NCBI GenBank assembly: GCA_965112155.1
Contig: OZ218100.1
Direction: 5' to 3' (one strand)
DNA from: Podarcis liolepis
Taxonomy: Eukaryota
Length of the DNA: 64,000 nucleotides
The position numbers and the translations under genes were made by a program. Position 1 is the stretch's first letter. Each line of letters opens with the position of its first letter. This document shows positions 61,145 to 64,000 of the stretch, in pieces. The notes beneath the pieces are model-generated. The model was not told where the DNA came from. It ran no database searches and saw only the letters and a list, made by a program, of their open reading frames with translations.

Positions 61145-62301
61145 CTAGAAGAGAAAATAAGTTGTCAAGGTTTGGGCAATGGAGCGCTGGGAGATTTAGT
61201 ATACAAGCTGCTCTTCTCTACATCATTCAACTTAAAAACCAAGCTCTGTGCTTCCATTAACATAAAGGTGACTGACTACCTGTTCCTTCCTCCTACAGAA
61301 GATTATGCTGACAACTCCCAATGATCAACTTCACCTTAATTTTACCCATTCCTAAATCTGTATTGTATTCACCCTTACAAAAACACTCTGCAACAATACA
61401 TAATGATTTTGTAAGGTCATTTCAAACTGTTTTATTCCGCATTGAAAGTTAACTCTCCACGATGAATGGCTCAGATCTAAGTTGTTATATCTTTGTGTTA
61501 CTAAGAAATAAGTGAGGTTCTCCTGAGATAAATGGAACTTCCACAGCACTGATTTATCCACTAACCTCAATGACTCTGCCCCAATGGCCTCATTATTTAA
61601 ATTAGCTAGTTAAACAGTAGAATCCATGCTGTCTGGTTTCGGCTTTATCTGAGATCCGCCGCAACTGCTCCAATGCCAGCCACCAAATGGCATTGCTGAG
61701 ACTATACTGCTTAAATCCAGCCCACTACTACCTGCTGAACTTTTTCACTAGGAACTAGGGCTTGACCCTGTCTCCCACCCTGCTTGCATGTCACATCTTT
61801 TTAGCCTGTAACTGCTGTGTGAGCCCTTTTCAGCTAAAGAGAGGGGGGGAGAGAATGCTTTCATTAAATAGCAAATACTAGGCACTCCTACTTTACAAAG
61901 CACCAGATGACATGACATGGGAAGAGAGGCTGCTCGATTGCAGGCCGTTCTCCTTATCCCAGGGCCAAAGACCTCATACATTAACTAGCACCTCCCTCTC
62001 TGCTACCATCAATTCTGCTCAACACATTCTGGGTAGCAATGGGCATGCTGAATTTGGGACAGCCAATTGTCTGCTTGTGACTAAATTTGCCCCTTAACTC
62101 ATAGTTTAATTAGAATGGACATGGGATTAGTTCAGCAGTCAGGTTTTCAAGCCTTTCTTATCTATCAATTATTCCTCCTGGCATGAGGAGACACAGGTGA
62201 AAGTAGAGGGGTAGGCACAAATGAGCATTGTGCCCCTGTACACTCTTTGGTCACGACGGCTTACCATTATACGTTCTAGGAAAACACATCCTACAGCTCA
62301 C

Positions 62302-62451
62302 CTTTATCTCTACATTCCTTGTTTTTAAATTAAACCTAATTTGAAGCTGTAAGTGTTCTACAATAGGCGTAAAAATTTTCATCCAGTTTTCTTTAAGAGG
62401 TGTGTATCTGTTTGGTGGTACAGAAATTTTCCTCACTTCACCTTTTCCACC
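62302..62451 (-). CDS. PNO1: PNO1 exon 2: GGKGEVRKISVPPNRYTPLKENWMKIFTPIVEHLQLQIRFNLKTRNVEIK
   Basis: ttattacag|GGT GGA...ATA AAG|gtgag; 150 bp. Exons 2-7 splice into one frame of 183 aa plus stop; exon 1 is outside the window. Confidence 0.96.
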
Positions 62452-63649
62452 CTGTAATAAAAGACCAAACAAGAAAGAAAGAAATGTTGGTTTTAAGCAT
62501 TTTTATTATATCAACTGTACACTTCCCTGAGAAAGCTTTTTTTTAATGCAGTATATAAATTCCTATGTGTACAAAGATCCCTTTGCACCAGAATCTAAAT
62601 TACATGACAAGTAAAATTACTCTAAGTATTCAATTCAATGATTATCTTAATGTTTTGCTTTCAATAACCTTAGGAAAACTGTGGCTAGTAAGCCCAGTTG
62701 ACTTATTTTTGCTAGAAACTTTTACTTTAAGTCTGAGTGGTTGTTGTTCAGAATTGGTAACCAAGTTTATACTGACCTAACAAGCAGTACAGAAACATAT
62801 AAGGAAAATCATCCCATAACAGTATATTCTAGTGAAGACAGAACTTATTCAGAATGATCAAACAGAGTTGAGAAACTAGGCTGTATAGCAAAAGTTTATT
62901 CAGGTTTGGGGAATATTCACATACTGAATGTTGAATCATTCCAAAATGACAATTTTCAACCATAATTTGTCTCCCTGCAACACCCATGAATTCAGAAATG
63001 GGGAGGCAGAATAACAGCAAAAACCTAGCCAAGAATTTAAGTCTTGATCATAACCCATTGAGTGACCTGCGCTGGCCAAAGCAGGATTTGCATCAGAATG
63101 CAGAACCAAACCAGTGTCAGAAATATAAGTTAATCACCAGGTTACAGTTGCCACAACATACTGTTTAGTCGCCATTCCCCCCCACAATAAGGTTATTGTT
63201 ATTATTATTAATTTCATTTCTATTCTGCTTTATATTTTAAAGAGAAAAAAATCAAAGTGGTTTACAACACATTAAAACATCAAATACAACAATCAAGAAT
63301 AAAATAAGGACAAGATGTCCAAAGATCAGCCAGCGGGCAGCAGTGTCTCTTGATGCCGGGGCATGTGGGGGCATGTCTGAAGCAGAAAACACACCAGCCA
63401 GGTGGAGATGTCCATTGCCAAAACTGGCGACAAGACATCTTCACTTGTTGGTAGCAAATGGACCCACACCAGTCGCAAAACGCAACTGGAGCCTGTGGAA
63501 TTTCGAGCACTGAACCAAATCAAGGTCTAATCACAGTACCCCGTGTCAAGTAATTCACTGTGATACAAGTGCCCGTTACATCTCAAAACACAGACTCATA
63601 GAATTATAGAGTTGGGAGGTACCCAGGGGGCCATCTATTTTAATTATTG

Positions 63650-63940
63650 AATTAAGTATTATTTATATACTGTCCTTTACCTGCATGGTGCAGGGCAGTG
63701 CACAGAATAAAATCAAAATATAAAACCACAAAATACATAATCAAAATAAAAGCAGCAACAACCTAATACGCTCCCCATCAACCAAAGGCCTGGTTAAAAA
63801 GGAACGCTTTTGCCTGGTGCCTAAATATGGGTAATGAAGGTGCCAGGCGAATGTCCCTGGAGAGAGCATTCCACAGATGTGGAGCCTGTTCTTGTGTTGC
63901 CACCCTCCAGACCTGTATGACTCCTGGCACAAGGTGCGCT
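63650..63940 (-). mobile_element. L2 LINE 3' fragment
   Basis: Minus-strand PHLWNALSRDIRLAPSLPIFRHQAKAFLFNQAF is typical of the L2 ORF2 end; AT-rich tail. Confidence 0.78.
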
Positions 63941-64000
63941 GGGAAAAACCAACTGTACTTCACTTGAAAATGATAGCTGCACCCAGGAATTGCAATACCC

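Overview
Vertebrate genomic DNA, almost certainly from a squamate reptile and probably a lacertid (Podarcis-like) lizard, judging by Sauria/Squam1 SINEs with (ACCTTT)n tails, a Squam3-like SINE and BovB. The window holds two convergent protein-coding genes. On the + strand is PPP3R1 (calcineurin B): a CpG-island promoter at about 14.4-15.4 kb, an exon 1 that codes only the ATG, a 27.4-kb intron 1, exons 2-5, and a TE-free 3' UTR of about 1.9 kb ending at tandem AATAAA near 55.39 kb. The coding part of its last exon is missing and is inferred to lie in the N-gap at 53276-53499. On the - strand are exons 2-7 of PNO1; its exon 1 lies beyond the window end. The rest is intronic or intergenic DNA rich in transposon debris: SINEs, 5'-truncated LINEs (L1, L2, CR1, BovB, Rex1/Babar), a Penelope-like GIY-YIG element, and many Tc1/mariner-, hAT- and Harbinger-like MITEs with recognisable target-site duplications (TSDs). 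The most notable non-genic signals are three minimal type-I hammerhead-ribozyme motifs of Penelope origin in PPP3R1 intron 1 (one structurally intact and in sense orientation), covarying 3' stem-loops in Sauria SINE subfamilies (the first stem shared with BovB), and a head-to-tail SINE dimer between the two genes' 3' ends. I found no evidence for a wholly new protein-coding system; almost all ORFs in the track are noise or TE-derived.
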